Source: the human T2T-CHM13v2.0 reference genome, Homo sapiens. From it: DNA of 64,000 nucleotides. The position numbers were made by a program, and so were the translations under genes. The notes beneath the pieces are model-generated. The model did no database searches and was not told where the DNA came from. It saw only the letters and a list, made by a program, of their open reading frames with translations. Location of the stretch: the NCBI RefSeq assembly GCF_009914755.1, contig NC_060928.1. The stretch is one strand, 5' to 3'. Every line of letters starts with the position of its first letter. Within the stretch, counting starts at the first letter, position 1. Below, piece after piece: positions 62,741-64,000 of this stretch.

Positions 62741-63189
62741 ACATGGTCTTATATGTTTTTATGTTTGGGACTTTTAGGCTGTTGATGTTATTTATACCCA
62801 TTTAATAACTGAGTGAACCAAAGCTCAGAGAGATTAAATACCTTATCTGAGATTACAGAGTAGGAGATTCAAGTAGGGCTTCAAAGCCTAGACTTAGTCC
62901 TCTTTGCTTCACTGCCTCTCAGGTAAAGGAATGTGAAGACTGTGTCACATTCCAGATACATTTGGTAATCTGGCTGAAATGTTCTAAAGATTTAATTTGT
63001 GTTTACTTCATTTTGGTTTGAAAAGCCACTATAATTCATACGTGTAACTAAAATAGTTAAACATTTAAAATGTGTGCCATTTAAAAAATATTGTTATTAA
63101 AGAAAAATATTCATACGATACTAATGTGTTATTTTAACTAATAATTGAAATGTCAGTTTTTAGTAAACATTATTGCCCTAGAAGTAGTC

Positions 63190-63488
63190 TTTTTTTTTTT
63201 TTTTTTGGTAAGACATGGTTTTTCTGTCACCCAGGTTGGAGTGCAGTGGCGCAATCACGGCTCACTGCAGTCTTGATCTCCTGGGCTCAAGTGATCTTCC
63301 GACCTCAGGCTCCTGAGAAACTGGGACCACAGGTGTGTGCCATCACGCCCAGCTAATTTTGTATTTTTTATAGAGATGGGGTTTCACCATGTCCCCCAGG
63401 CTTGTCTTAAACTCCTGAGCTCAAGCAGTCACCCACCTCATCCTCCCAAAGTGCTGGGATTACAGGCATGAACCACTGTGCCTGGCCC
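63190..63488 (-). mobile_element. Alu (AluJ-like)
   Basis: Antisense Alu. Confidence 0.92.
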
Positions 63489-63719
63489 AAACAGTCATGA
63501 TTAGTGGACTTGCTCTTTTAACAGTGAATTGCTGGCTTTAAAAAGCAAAAAAAAAAAAAAAAAAAAAAAAACCCCAAATCTAATTCATCATTTAGTTCCT
63601 TTTAAATTAGGCTGCATTTAAGGAACTGCAATTCAAATATTAAATTTCTGGGTTAATTTTTAGAAAGCATAACTTATTTGATCTTTTTAAGCACATTTGT
63701 GTTTTTGTAGTAGTTGAGT

Positions 63720-63900
63720 TCATTATGGACTCTGGAGACAGGCAGACTGCCTGCATTTGAATCCTGGCTCTGCCTTTCACTGGCTGTGTGATTTCAGGCA
63801 AGTTACTTAATCTTTCTGTGCCTCAGTTTCCTTATCTGTACAGTAGGGGTTATAGAAGGACCTTAAGTCAAAGGCTTATTATGAGCATCCAGCGATACCT
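63720..63900 (+). mobile_element. MIR
   Basis: tttgaatcctggctctgcc..ggcaagttacttaatctttctgtgcctcagtttcc. Confidence 0.85.
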
Positions 63901-64000
63901 GCTCAACATGTGTTAGTGTGATGACCTTAAGTTGTGAAAACTGTATTTGGGTTATGTGCCATTTCTGAAGGCCATGATCCCCAGGGAATATCTCGTGATG

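Noticed and set aside
63540-63571. Orphan poly-A as tail of a processed pseudogene
   Set aside because: No upstream mRNA-like body, PAS or TSD seen

Overview
Primate (almost certainly human) genomic DNA, not a prokaryotic accessory region. The window holds the 5' end of WWC2, a KIBRA-family Hippo-pathway scaffold. A large CpG island (~6.9-9.75 kb) contains the promoter and coding exon 1 (9034-9164), which encodes the whole first WW domain. A divergent antisense unit (WWC2-AS2/C4orf38, with a doubtful 200-aa ORF) lies in the same island. About 55 kb of intron 1 follows, and I found no exon 2 in the window. The rest is dominated by interspersed repeats: ~45 Alu/FLAM/FAM copies, L1 and L2 fragments, MIRs, MaLR/ERVL solo LTRs, and hAT and Tc1/mariner MITEs. 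Almost all listed ORFs are Alu/L1- or GC-derived artefacts. The best leads are regulatory: (1) an ATF4-like two-uORF leader (3-codon uORF plus an out-of-frame uORF overlapping the WWC2 start); (2) a TEAD/octamer motif cluster in the promoter; (3) a textbook recursive-splice-site motif at 43004/43005; (4) a perfect 21-bp inverted repeat at 33662-33737; (5) a 79-bp-period tandem duplication carrying paired TCAAGGTCA nuclear-receptor sites plus an octamer. Repeat names and boundaries come from visual recall of consensus sequences and are approximate.
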